A stretch of DNA of 43,531 nt from Octopus bimaculoides (taxonomy: Eukaryota), in assembly GCF_001194135.2 (NCBI RefSeq), contig NC_068984.1, positions 88,484,723 through 88,528,253 of the forward strand, given 5' to 3'. The notes below the pieces were generated by a model, which worked only from the letters and a program-made list of their open reading frames with translations, did no database searches and had not been told where the DNA came from. The position numbers and the translations under genes are program-made. Shown here in pieces: positions 1 to 12,805 of this stretch (its first letter is position 1; the number at the start of each line of letters is the position of its first letter).

Positions 1-26
1 AAGTTAACTGCTTGCATATGTTACAC

Positions 27-205
27 CAGGCCCGTCGCTAGATTTTGGGGCTTGTAGGGGGCGAGTTTCAGAATATTGCGGTTGGGCACTAATATGTATT
101 GCAGGAAGATTTTTCTAAACTGTATTTCTCAATCTGAGGGTGCACCATTGAATAGTGAGGGTGAAGTACCGTCCAGTTCCCCCTTTCCCCTTAGCGACGG
201 GCATG
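27..205. mobile_element. MITE (179 bp) with 14-bp TIRs CAGGCCCGTCGCTA/CATGCCCGTCGCTA, hAT-like termini
   Basis: TIRs are visible and the element is flanked by a 7-bp direct repeat GTTACAC (20-26, 206-212). Confidence 0.8.
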
Positions 206-231
206 GTTACACAAAAATGTATGTATGTATG

Positions 232-1469
232 TGAGGGGCTGAAAAGTTTGTAGGCTGACAATGAAGGAATGATGCTAGAGCTGTGAAATCTTGGATGCAA
301 TAATTTCAACACTTCTTATGAATAACTGCGTGGTTTCTTTCCAGGTAAACTCACCTGATTGTTCAAAGAAGACCTCAAAATTAACTTTTTGCAACTTTTC
401 TTGAAAATCGATAAAATTTAGCATCGCAGACTTATCAGATACCTACAGAGAAATGGTTCAGACCGAAAGACATTCAAGCTGACATGCTTGTTACATTAGG
501 GGATGATAATCCAACTTTATCAACAGTGCTAAAGTGGGCAGCTGAATTTAGGAGGGGAAGGGAAAGTCTTGAAGATGACTCAACACCTGGACGTCCTGAA
601 ACTGCCACCACTGAGGAAAATATTGATCGTGTTCACCACATGGTGACTGGTTATAAATCAAATCGCCAATACTATTAGCATATCCTGCGAGAAAGTTGAG
701 AATATTCTGCACAATGAATTTGGCATGAAGTAAGTAACTGCTCAGTGGGTACCACGTCTTCTAATACCTGATCATATCATAGGAAGATTTGACATTGTCT
801 GAAGCAGATCCAGCTGGTTTCCTAACCCAAGATGAGAGTTGGGTTCAGCACTTTGAGCCAGAGACGAAGAGACAATCCATGTAGTGGAAATACCCCTCCT
901 TACCTGCTCCAAAGAAGGTAGTTTCATCTGCAGAGAAGGCGATGGCCCCAGTTTTTTTTTTAATGCAAAAAGGCATTGTGTTTATTGACTATCTTCAAAA
1001 GGGTCACACCATCAATGGAGAGTACTGTGCCAGCTTACTAAGGCAGTTACAAAAGGCTATCAAGACCAGACGGACAAGAAAACTGACGAAAGGGGTCTTG
1101 TTTCATGAGGACAATGCTCTAGCACACACGTCTTCGGTTTCAATGGCCGCTGCGTGTGACTGGCTTTGAGATGATTGATCAGTCTCCCTTTTCTCCTGAT
1201 TTGGTTCCATTTGGCTATCAGCTGTTTCCCAACATGAAAAAATTCTTGGCTGGGAACCAGTATTGCAGTGATGATGACGTCATATTTGCATTTGATGACT
1301 TTTTTTATTAACAGGATGAAAGCTTCTCCACGAATGGGATCCAAGCACTGCAATACCGATGGAAGAATTGTGTGGATCGCAAGAGGGACTATGTTGAAAA
1401 ATAAACCTCATTTGGCCACATTTCATGAGAATATCTTAATCAGCTCATGAACTTTTCAGCCGACCCTCA
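232..1469 (+). mobile_element. Degenerate mariner (DD34D-type) transposon, ~1.24 kb
   Basis: TIRs tgaggg(tc)ggctgaaaagtt at both ends with TA at the right end. Fragmented transposase: KWAAEFRRGRESLEDD..GRPETATTEEN, TQDESWV, GIVFIDYLQKG.TING.Y, FHEDNA, SPDLVP. Multiple stops and frameshifts. Confidence 0.93.
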
Positions 1470-2039
1470 TATGTATGTGTATATATGCATGTTTGTGTAT
1501 GAGTGTACATACGTATGTATATAAATAGGTAACTAGGCATGTACATGTAAGTGTGTGTATGAGCATGCGCGGACGCGTGTTTGTGAAGGCTTATTTTCTG
1601 CGTTTAGTCAGAAAAAAGCGTTGAAGTTTGTGGTCATTTCCTGTCAACAAATCGTCTGCTAGTTCCGCGCTTTCAAAGACGTATTAGAATAAAAAATCTC
1701 TCCCTTGAAAAACGGGCAAGAGTTAACGAAAGGAACAAAGTCTCACCAATTTATCTTCATCTTACTTATACTAGTGTAAGGATTCAAGCCTTAACTGCAA
1801 GATATTCAATTAGGGATCACGAGTGAGCCACCAGTTTCACATCACTGATCTATAAATAAACCAATCAGCGTGAAGTTGTTTGAGTGACATGGCTCCTTGT
1901 CTTCCCCTTTTTAAGACAGAAGGGATTGCCGCTATTTCTGGCAGGTAGGACGCCCATAAACGGCCTCCGACTTTCCTTACTGGTTCCTTAGATCAATAAA
2001 ACTTGTGATATACAGAGTAACTCGAAATTCTGTGAAAAC

Positions 2040-2228
2040 ACGTGGCTTAATAGTTAGGGTATTCGACTCACGATTGTGAGGTCGTGAGTTCGATTCTCAG
2101 CGATGCGTTATATCCCTGAGCAAGACACTATTTTTCACTACGCTAAGGTGTCTGTGAAGTGCTCAACCACTGACAGTTGATTTCACGAGCAGACTGGAAC
2201 CTTCGTCGTCGTAACCGACAGAGTGCCA
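2040..2228 (+). mobile_element. tRNA-derived SINE (CORE-like body)
   Basis: A-box-like tggcttaatagtt, B-box gagttcgattc (2086-2096), followed by ccctgagcaagacact. Confidence 0.75.
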
Positions 2229-2767
2229 GTCAATTCAAAATTGCCTTTAGAACTCATTTCTGGACAACATACGTACCGGGAAGAATGTATATATATTTTC
2301 TTTTTATTGAACATTTAATATCTTATTTAACATAAGATTCAAAATGTTCACCACCATGCTCAATTATAATCGCCATTGTTTTCCAACTGCTAAAATCGAG
2401 TCAGTCAAAAACACTGTGGTTTGAATTTTTCATCATTTCTTCGTTCTGAAGACCTGATCAAGAAGATGGCTCCAAAAGAAGAAATCTAAGGGAGTGAGAC
2501 TAGAGCTTCTAAGTGGCTAAAAGATCAGCCCTTCTCTACCCTCCCAACGTCTTGGTGCATTAAGGAATTATCGTGTTTTCTGACCTGTGTGGAGTCGCAT
2601 CACCTTTGCTGTAGAAAACTGCTCGAGAATATTCTCAACTTTTTTTATGAGGTACCAAAATATTTTTCAGAGCCTCTTGTAGATATTTATTATCATAGTG
2701 GTATATAAAAAAAAATAAAATACAAAATAAATTTGAAAGGGCATGCAGAAGACTCTTTTTGTGTAAC

Positions 2768-2925
2768 CATGCCCGTCGCTAAGGGGAAAGGGGGCACTGG
2801 ACGGTACTGCACCCTCAGATTGAGAAATACAGTTTAGAAAAATCTTCCTGCAATACATATTAGTGCCCAACCGCAATATTCTGAAACTCGCCCCCTACAA
2901 GCCCCAAAATCTAGCGACGGGCCTG
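2768..2925. mobile_element. Second, inverted copy of the MITE at 27-205 (158 bp)
   Basis: Reverse complement of 27-205 lacking a 21-bp internal insertion, with the same flanking repeat (GTGTAAC). Confidence 0.9.
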
Positions 2926-3293
2926 GTGTAACATGCAAGCAGTTAACTTTTGATGATTGAAAGCAAATGATCAAATGTTTCGTGAAATTTTTTGTAACCA
3001 TATTCGCTGTTAAACTTGTTGATAATGCTCCCAACGCCAAAAGTAGCTTCAATGCATTCAATGGTAGCGTGTATCACTGGCCATTGAGTCAATAGCGACA
3101 TTTTCACACATCACTATTTTTATTATCGTCAGACAATTTATGAACCATTGACAAATGAAAACTTTTTATTTCATTAGATTTTAGACATCTTTGAATAAAG
3201 CTACAGGAGAAAGAGAACACACCTACGATGACTGCTGTATTGAACCGAGTGAATTTTTGTTGAGAATGAATGAGCCGTGTTTCATTGGGTTTA

Positions 3294-3632
3294 GGTGCAG
3301 GCATGGCTTTGTGGTAAGAATTTTGCTTCCCAAATACGTGGTTCCGGGTTCAGTTCCACTGTGTGGTACCTTGGGCAAGTGTCTTCTACAACAGCTTCTG
3401 GCCGACCAAAGCCTTGTGAGTGGATTTGGTAGGCGGAAACTAAAAGAAGCCCATTATATAATATATATATGTGTGTTTGTCCTCCACCACCGCTTGACAA
3501 CCGGTGTTGTAACTTAGCGGTTCAGTTAAAGAAACCGCTAGAATAAGTACTTGGCTTTTAAAAATTAAGTACTAGGGTCGATTCATTTTATTTAAAAAAT
3601 TCAAGGATGCTACAGCATGGCCGCAGTTTGAC
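3294..3632 (+). mobile_element. tRNA-derived SINE (octopus-type), near full length
   Basis: Head ggcatggctttgtggtaagaa...ccgggttcagttccact, ccttgggcaagtg core, gccttgtgagtggatttggt domain, TA/TG microsatellite, tail ending cagcatggccgcag. Confidence 0.85.
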
Positions 3633-3659
3633 AACAAATAAAATATATGTATATCTTTT

Positions 3660-3866
3660 ATCCATTTACCTTTTACTTGTTTCAGTCATTAGACTGTGGC
3701 CATGCTGGGGCACCGCCTTAAAGAATTTTTAGTCGCATGAATCGACCCCAGTACTTTTTTTAAAGCTTGGTACTTAGTCTACCGGTCTCTTTGCTGAACC
3801 TCTAAATTACGGGGAACGTAAACACACTAGTTGTCAAGCTGTGGTGAAGAACACAGACACACACAC
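3660..3866 (-). mobile_element. 3' half of the same SINE family, inverted
   Basis: Reverse complement matches 3480-3630. Confidence 0.8.
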
Positions 3867-3875
3867 GTATGCATG

Positions 3876-3981
<106 letters not shown>

Positions 3982-3984
3982 ATA

Positions 3985-4085
3985 ATCGATCCTAGTACTG
4001 GACAATTTATTTGTCTACACCGAAAGGATGAAAGGCAAAGCTATTCTAGGCAGGATTTGATCTGGTAGTTTAGCACACCGGAACG
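3985..4085 (-). mobile_element. SINE fragment
   Basis: atcgatcctagtactgg...cgaaaggatgaaaggcaaag matches the copy at 37575-37790. Confidence 0.6.
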
Positions 4086-4490
4086 AAAACGGCAAAGCAC
4101 TCAGTCCGACGTTTTCAAACTCAGGGTGTAGAAGGAAGAAATTAGCGATCAGAACGTCTTTAATCTGCTTTGTGCACCGTTTTATTCAGATTTTATATCA
4201 TACTCATGTGAATTTCGGCCTTACCCCATATGAAGAAACAACAATGAAGAAACTACTGTAAATCATCTCGAACAGAATATCTTCACTGCCATCTCAAAAC
4301 TTGGCATGAAACTTGAGATGACTTTTAAAGGAGCGGAAATCAAAAGTTGTGACATGTATTTTCAAAGAGCATTAACGACATATCTGAACTAAAATGCCTA
4401 CACAAGGAGCTTATCTCTCGTATTTATCTGACAGCAGTTTAATTATGATTTCTGAAACGACCTCAGACCTTTTTTTTTTTAGACACAGTA

Positions 4491-4528
<38 letters not shown>
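4491..4528. repeat. (GT)n(AT)n compound microsatellite
   Basis: Directly visible. Confidence 0.95.
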
Positions 4529-4532
<4 letters not shown>

Positions 4533-6519
4533 CAAAAAATATATATGCATGTATACACACATATATGTATATACTTTCATCTACATGTGTATATAGATGC
4601 ATATCAGGGTACAGGACGTTAGAACAATGAACTACAGACAACGGAACGAACACATAGGAAAACACAAAGCCACTTGGAAGTATTCATCAGCTGCCTCTCT
4701 CTCATATATATAAGAGAGAGAGAGAGAGAAAGGAGGGGGGAAGATAAAGAAATAAATAGGATATTCTAATGTTTATATCTGTGCTAAGAACAATGTGATG
4801 TAATGAAAACAGAATTGCAGATACGAATCGAAAAGTCTCTACGATTCGACTCTTCCAAACGCATTCGTGGATTTCTTCATATTTATTGCATGGAATTTTG
4901 TTAGAGAGGGTAGTTAAAGTAAAAATTCCAGCATTGCTCTCATTTATCAGATATTTCGTAAACAAATTCAAAAGCATTTTGGAAAACGAAAACAAAAAAA
5001 TGACACTCCCATTTGAATGTATATTTACGTTTCATGTACATATTTCAGATTTTTTTCTCTATTGGCCATATTGTTAAGCATTAGGTACAGAGACATCCTA
5101 AACTATTAAAAATTGAAGAAAACCCTTACTGGTATAAAGATAAGGTTGTGTGCTTAACTTCACAAGAACGCCACCATAATACAACCTAAAGTCGTGCAAG
5201 CGGAGGGGAAGGTTAAGCTTCCGAGAACTTTTAAAATATACTAATTATTCAGTTGTCAAGATATTAATAGAAACAGAATACGGTAAATTGGTTTTCTGTA
5301 ATTATATATTGTTCATTACTGACAATTCAAAATGACTGGCAAAAAATGAAATGACATTTGTAAACCATAGCATAAACAAGCATAGAAAACCAATTATTTT
5401 ATCGTATTCTTACTTCATAAAATGAAATGCATACACCCAGAGACCAAACTACAAGTTTATCACTTTCCATATTCAGAATATTAAACAGTCAGTTTGTCTT
5501 GTACCGTTGTTGTTCGTACATGGTGCAGTCATCAAAGGTACATTTTAAAACAATTTGCTAGAATTATACTTAAATTAGCAGCAGTATAGCTTCAGAATTA
5601 GAGGGCACTGCCACTGACTTTTGCAGACCATCACAATACCTGTAAGAAACTATCGACAGGAAAGAAGTCTAGAAGAGTTTGTTAGGAGACAGTGAGGATG
5701 AGATGTTGGTAAATGGTGCACAACTTGCTAGATTAGAGAAGCCGAAATGTTGACAGTAAATGTTTAAAAGTCAGGCAGAACGAAGATACAATGCATCGAT
5801 GTATTAATGAGTGAAGGTTCGTCAGTCATTTTTAATAATCACCTGATAATTATCTCACTGGAATTTCAGTTCTTCACTTAATATAAACAAAAATTATCAA
5901 GTATTTTCCAGACTACTTACAAAATTCTTTTGGATAACACCTTTAAAATATCGACTTTAAGGTGTAATGTGATTAAAAACTTCACTTATGGTAACAGGGT
6001 GTGTAACGCCTCAAAGAGTTAAACATTTCGACCTTGTCCTCTGATTGGGCTTTCATTGGAGACAAGAAATAAAGGAAGAAAATCCCCAAAGAAACCATGT
6101 CAAGTGGCATCAATGAGGTTAAGCTTTTACTTTGGTCAACTAAATTCACACTCGCCATGAACAGTTCTTGCCAGGAAGACAGTTGCTGTTCCTCGGGAGA
6201 TTGCTGCTAGTAACTTGAAAATGATAGCAATACTAATATTAAAAAAGTGCATTTTAATACAAAACCGATTTCCTGACTCAGGTACTCTGAACAATGTGGA
6301 ATACACATTTATCTGAAATGGCAAACCCGAAAAGGGACCTAGAGAATCAGGGGATGGATTTGCCACATGAAAGAACGTTGTAGATTAAACGCTTTCAGCA
6401 GCTACTCCATTCGCCAGGGGATATAGGCTGCGTGACACTTGCCGATATCCACCAAATACACAGTAGATTCAATCGTAAATAAGATGCCAAGAGATGAGTT
6501 ATTATTTCATTGGGGGGAA

Positions 6520-7520
6520 ATCTGTTTAACGGAAGGTAGAGTACACTGCAGCAGAGTTGATATGGTCTTCTACTTCTGACAACTCCAGGATAAATGCATA
6601 AAACAGGACAGGTTCATGTATGTGGTATTTGTTGACTTCATAAAAAGGTATTTGATACTAAGGACTGTCCAATGACAACTATTGAGAATTCGTGAGAATT
6701 TCACATATATGATGTAGCTAATACACACTACTGGAATGATAACAATTGTAAAACATGCAGGGAATACATCAGGACGTATTTGCTCTCACTGTGTTAAATA
6801 GGGGTATGTACTGGTACCTATACTGTTTCCCAAATCTTTCTCACAGCATTGCTAGAGGTATTCCACAATCTTAAGGATGGAGTTTATATGTTCCAGACTT
6901 CTGACATCACCACTTAAGAACAAAACGTGAACCACCAGAGCCTTGTAAAGAGAACTACGGCATATTAGTCACTCAGAGGATTATGGATGTATTCTCCAAT
7001 GCACTTTAAACATTTGGTCTTGAGATAAAACAAAAAGGACAGAAGCCTTATCCTATTCAAGTCCTTTACCAACACGTATATCAGAGATGACGGCATTAAT
7101 CCGGAAACTGTATCTTGGCAGTACAATATTGAAAGATGGACGGATTGACACAAAACTAGAAATGATCATAGCAAAAGCAAGAATGGTTTTTGATTATTGT
7201 GTCTATGGATGTAGAAAATCAAGTTTCACCAGAATCAACTGCAAGATCTAGAGTAGTCGTCCTATCAATTGTTTTGTATAATATTAAAAACCTAGATATT
7301 GTACAATGAACTACATGATAAAACGTGATCAATTAATAAAATCTTCTGGAAACATAATTCCTAACAGTGAAATAACTAGGGCGACAAAGATAGTCAAATG
7401 TGAAAGATATAATTGGGGAAAACTTATGTTGAATGGGACGTGTTACACAACTTATCATCTCAAAAACCGCCCAAGCAGATCTTGAACTCAATTGCTTAAA
7501 GGGTAAAGGAAATGTGACAG
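6520..7520 (+). mobile_element. Old RTE/BovB-like LINE relic (reverse transcriptase region)
   Basis: Frame-broken peptides: SRVDMVFYF*QLQDKCIKQDRFMYVVFVDFIK, GVK*GYVLVPILF, and a PKQIL...GK-like 3' segment. Confidence 0.7.
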
Positions 7521-10500
7521 TGTTCTGTTGTAATCTTACCAGTTTGAATTAAACCCAATAGCTTTTTGTGGTAAAGTGTTTAGTCAATAGCATTGACTCC
7601 AGCGCTAAACTGGCACTTTATTTCACAGACCCTGGAAAGATGAAAAACTTGATCTTGACGGAATTTGAATGCAGAATGTAAAGAGCCAGAAGAAATACCA
7701 CAAGGCATTTCTTCTGATGCTCAAAATCATGCAACAGCTTCTTGCTGCTGTTACTTGCTGTTTAATCCATTTTGACTGTGAAGGAAAAAGATTTAACTGT
7801 TTCTTTATATGTCATGTCTTTCAGATACAAGCAAAAATAAAACAGAAAATACCTTGTCTAGAAAAAACTAATTGATAAGCTATTCATTCTTAAAACCCCA
7901 AAATATCTGCACTTGTCATAACTGTGGGTTTTATAAAGTTCAGTAATGTGTTAGCATCAGTAAATTATGCATTAAAACTTTTCACATGATTTTCTTTTTA
8001 TATAAATTATTTCTTTAACTGAAGTTGCAGATTTTACAGCACTTACATGCAGACAATGTTCATTAGCTTAAGAATTATTAAGACATAAAACATATTTTTG
8101 ATCCATGTTTCTTTAGATTCCAAATTTTATCCAAAGTCAGTTCATTTCTTTTCTAATTAGGTTTGAATGGAACAAATGGTACATCAATGCATCACAGTTT
8201 AACCAAATGATTCTATTAGATAGACAGGCAATATTTCCCAATACCACAGCCCAAATTATAGCATTTGATGTAGTAGTAGTTGTACTAGACATTATAGGAA
8301 CAACTTCAGTAAAATGTTTTGCTATTAACTTTGCCCTCTATATCTTGGTAGTCAACAAAATCTAAATCAATACTTAATATAGCTTTGTGTCAAAGAAAGA
8401 TATTGAAATTAAATGACCCACATGAGAGAGAGAGAGAGAGAGAGAGAAAACCCAAAGAGTTGTAAAAATGAAATGAACATTTATTTCAAAAACATAAACT
8501 ATGTGATATGTTGCCAACACCATACTATCTATATGATGTGGGCTAAGAACAGGAATCTGTTAAATTAACTATAATAATTGTTTTTTTATTTGTTTGAAAA
8601 CAAATTCAAATGATATATCCCAAAGAGTAAACTTAAATCTATGGATGACACATGGAAAACACTATGATAGTTATGGCAATAATCTGTTTGTGGAATGAAA
8701 AGTATGGCCACAACCATTTCACAATAATAAAAAAAGATAAAACAGTAACAAATGACAAGAGAAAAAGAAATCAAATATGGAGAATAAATAAAAAAAAAAG
8801 TTTAACATGATGATCATAGATATATTGATATTGGTTTGTATTCTTCAAACAATGGAAGTTGGTTCATGCATTCAATTTAAAATGAACAATGGCATTTATT
8901 GAGTCCTAAGTTAACTTTGTTGTTTAATCCCCAGGTTAGTTCAGTCCTGACAGGACAGACTTATTAATACATTCCAGCCATAACCATCCCGTCTAGAACT
9001 ACACAATCCAGTGTGTTGCATCTATTTCTGTTTATGGGGTACAAAAATAGATATTACATGGAAACATAGATAAACTTATCAACATGGCTTCTACATCGCA
9101 ACAATATAATGGAGAAACATCCTAAAAATGATCAAGGATCCTGCAGGCATTTTAGTGACCAGAATATCTCAATCTCTCACTAAATAAATTGTTCTTCAAC
9201 TTGATGAACTGTCTACAAGCAGCTGAAGCACTATCTCGTACCAGGCTGTAATCTATATCATACATGACATACTCTGTTGTCAAATGCTTCACCAGGCCCC
9301 AAATTCCTGGGCCAAATTACTCTTTTATCCTTCAATGGTCACTAGAATAAGTTCTGACAATTCCAACTACCTCATTCCTGTATTGGGCACAGTTACATTC
9401 CATATGAAAGACATTAGCAAATTACTTCCTATGTGTTTATTGCAAGTTGACCTTAACTCTAGTTACAGTAACATAGTTGTAATATATTTCATAACCATCA
9501 AGTGTGACATCCCTCTTGTCAGTAGTGCTACCAAGCAGTTCAAAGGCTTTGAGATTAGTCCTCCTCATAAGACTAAAGATCCTTGTCTTCTGGGCATCAC
9601 TAAATATCAGAAGCATTATGAAAATAAATGCTTGTACAACTACAGACTAAGAGAGAACTTTACAGTGAATAAACATAGTAATGTAAAGAACCAGATCTTA
9701 AGAAACAGATAATAAAGATACTGAATATCAGTATGCTACTACTAAGACAAGAACTTTGAATTGATTCTCAAGACACACAATTACCATGAAAGATTAAAAA
9801 AAAAGACAGCTAACATGACGAATAAAAGGAATTATTTTTTTTAAATAAGTTTCTTTCCTGATTTGCGCTTCATTAGTAGACTACTAAGATGAAGAATATG
9901 CCTCAATATGTGCAATTCTAATTTAGTAGTTGATATATCTGTTGCCATTGGTTATATATATATATGTCTGTCTTCTAGTATCCTGTTGTAAATCACAAGG
10001 GAAAATTTCTTTCAATGAAATACTATATTGCTGAGGTAGCTACTGGCAGTAGTTGACACACTACTATAATTACTGCTTTTATAGACTGTTTCTTCTTTTT
10101 TCTTCAGACTTTGAAAACAAGTTTCAAACAGACAACAGTAGATCAGAGCTAATTAAAGACAGACAGTTGTAATTAGATTCAATCATAACTAGAGGGGAAC
10201 TTTAAAGTAGAAGTCTTTATACAAATTGACAAGGAATTCCACCTCTTAATATTAGATCTGTCCACAAAGAAAACTAAACTAAAAGATGTCTAATACAAAA
10301 GAAATAAATTAATGAAAAATGTGAATGATCAAATTAACACAAATCTCACTAACCAAGAAGTAACAGTTCTTCTGCAATTAGTTCAAATACATAGTTCCTA
10401 CATAATTAATGTACTTGTCCAACACTACAGACATTTATTTAGAAGGAATTTAATAACAGTGTAGGGGAGCTAGCAAAATCTTACTTGGGCAATTCAGAAT

Positions 10501-11320
10501 GATCCTTAACATAAAAATTGCAATATACTCCCACCAAATAAAGAATATAACAATGCTGAAATGAGAATATCCATAGATGATAGACTGATATTAATTTTCA
10601 ATAGGTCCAAGTTGTTCAAACTGAGCAAGCCGTGGAAAGACTTACATTTATTTGGTCATCAACCAGTTACTAGTTACATGTAAAAGTAATACACACACAC
10701 ACACATTTCTATATATATAGAACATAAAATGTCTACAGATACAGACATACACACAAATTCTCAATTTTCTAAATCTGAAGGAACAAGGAAAGTTAAGATC
10801 TCAAAAAAGACAGAAAATAAATAGGAGTGAGAAATAAAGCAGATCAATGCAAGAGTGGTCCAAATTAGTTCAAACTAAACTTAAATCTAATTAAAACATT
10901 AATGAGAAACCTACCTGCACAAAGTGTTAAGTAGAATCCAAACACAGACAAGCCTTGATATCCAATAGCAGATTTTTTAAATAGAGTGAAAACAGAGTTC
11001 TATATCACCTGTTCATGACAGATCTCCATAATATATAAACATGAAATCAGCCAGTATATTTCTTAACGCAAAAGATAACATTTGGCACAATTATTTTCAT
11101 ATCAAGAATTATTCTTTTGGCAACTCAAACACACATTATCATAGAACATGAACAAGGGTAAGGCAGACAATGAAAACTATGTAGAAACCATGTTACATAT
11201 ATGTTTACATTTTGAACTAAGTGAAACCTTGCAAAGATAAAGAGTGGATACCCTCTGTGATCAGTTACTTTATACATGCATATTTTGTATTGTTTAAAAT
11301 ATAACCATGTAATTCTAAGT

Positions 11321-11324
<4 letters not shown>

Positions 11325-11358
<34 letters not shown>

Positions 11359-11368
11359 NNNNNNNNNN

Positions 11369-11400
<32 letters not shown>
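11325..11400. repeat. (TA)n microsatellite containing a 10-N assembly gap (11359-11368)
   Basis: Directly visible. Confidence 0.98.
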
Positions 11401-11403
<3 letters not shown>

Positions 11404-12799
11404 GTAATTGGTAATAATCGTCATCATATTTTCACAATGTGACTGGACTCCAAATCAGAAAATTATAGTTACAAAATGCTATTGATAGAAGGAAGATAAT
11501 GCAGTTGTTTCTTTTTTAAGAGAAACCAAAAGGAACACTAAAAGAAATATATAGTATGCAATTTCCTCAAACTGTGTGTGCTTTTTTTAAGGCAAAGGAG
11601 GTATAAAAGCAAACTTATACAGTTTCAGAATCAAACATATCCAGTATTTTAACTATGAAAGTATTGTTATACTAAGCAGGGTATGCATGATACAGCTCAG
11701 ACTCTTTTTTTTATGCGAGTAGTGAAATTCAATATAGAAAATTTGCAGCCAAGTTTCAGAATATTTCCCTGCCACTCAACTTCAGTAAGAACAAAATTAG
11801 GATTGAGAAATTAAGCAGGAAATCTAGATTTACAGTTAAATTGAGGTTGACAGTTTATGGGGACGACTGAGTTCAAAGATGGAGAAAATAAGTTGTGATT
11901 CTAAAAACTACTGCAAATAAAATATCCCCAATGAATGGAGTTAGGCAGAACAATAAATGAATGTTATGATAGAAAAAAAAATATGATGCTACATATAGGC
12001 TGACACAGTTGAAGCAATGTGAATTAAAGGAAAAACCAGATTTTAGAGTGGGACTGGTAAATTATGAAGTTTTAATGATATAAATAAGGCTTGTTGCTTG
12101 TGTTTTAGGAGTAATACTTGAAATATTAGGTCATTTTTAAAGTAAAATCAATGCTGAATGTACAGAGACTGGAGTGAAAAATACACACCCAAAAATGTAT
12201 GTGGCTGTGTGCGAATGCAGTTATACACAAAAAAAAAAGGGATTTAAGGAGATGGAACATCCATTAATGAACTCAAACAGTTCATTAATGTTGTCCCTTA
12301 AAATATAATAATAAACTGTCAACTTCAGTATATTGCTGTTGGCAGTGTGATAATATTGTATCATATTTTCTTTAAATATATTAAGAAAGACTTTCTTCTT
12401 GGTTAGAAAGATTTCCACAAAGAATTCTAAAAATACAGTCATTGGTCCTGATAACAATGCTATAAAAAGAAAGAAAAAAACACAGACATGCTGCAAGGGA
12501 TACAACTTAACATCTTTAAATTTGAAGTGTACCCAAGTGAAATTAATGATAGAGTGTTGTTGGTATCTATCACTACATTGAAACTCTTATGCAACCTATC
12601 CAAAGGTTGTCCATTCCCACAACAATTACACAATTCCACTATGCTAGTCATTCAAAAGTTACATTTGCTGCAGTTATTCACCCATGCTATCCACCCATTA
12701 CTTTTATCATTACAGCATGTATATTAATGAGATACCCGAGCAAAGATTATTTTGACCTTTGTTAAACTATTTTGCTACTATAAGTATCCAAACATTGAT

Positions 12800-12805
12800 T
12801 TTATT
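12800..12805 (-). promoter_or_regulatory. Candidate proximal AATAAA polyadenylation signal for SMC1
   Basis: AATAAA on the minus strand ~350 nt after the stop. The hexamer is common in AT-rich DNA, so this is weak. Confidence 0.3.

Noticed and set aside
484-1450. Mariner ORFs as a domesticated or active transposase (SETMAR-like fusion)
   Set aside because: Multiple stops and frameshifts, the third catalytic Asp region is mutated (PFGY), and no SET domain exons are nearby.
1845-1875. TATA-like (tataaata) and CCAAT motifs in a CpG-rich stretch
   Set aside because: The order is not promoter-like on the plus strand and no downstream gene could be identified.
2040-2100. tRNA-like sequence with A and B boxes and a CAC loop
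   Set aside because: The stems pair poorly and the sequence continues into a SINE body, so it is a SINE head rather than a tRNA gene.
9284-9712. 142-aa plus-strand ORF, the longest non-repeat, gap-free ORF outside SMC1
   Set aside because: No recognisable domain or convincing splice context, and the composition mirrors AT-rich noncoding DNA. A BLAST or RNA-seq check would settle it.
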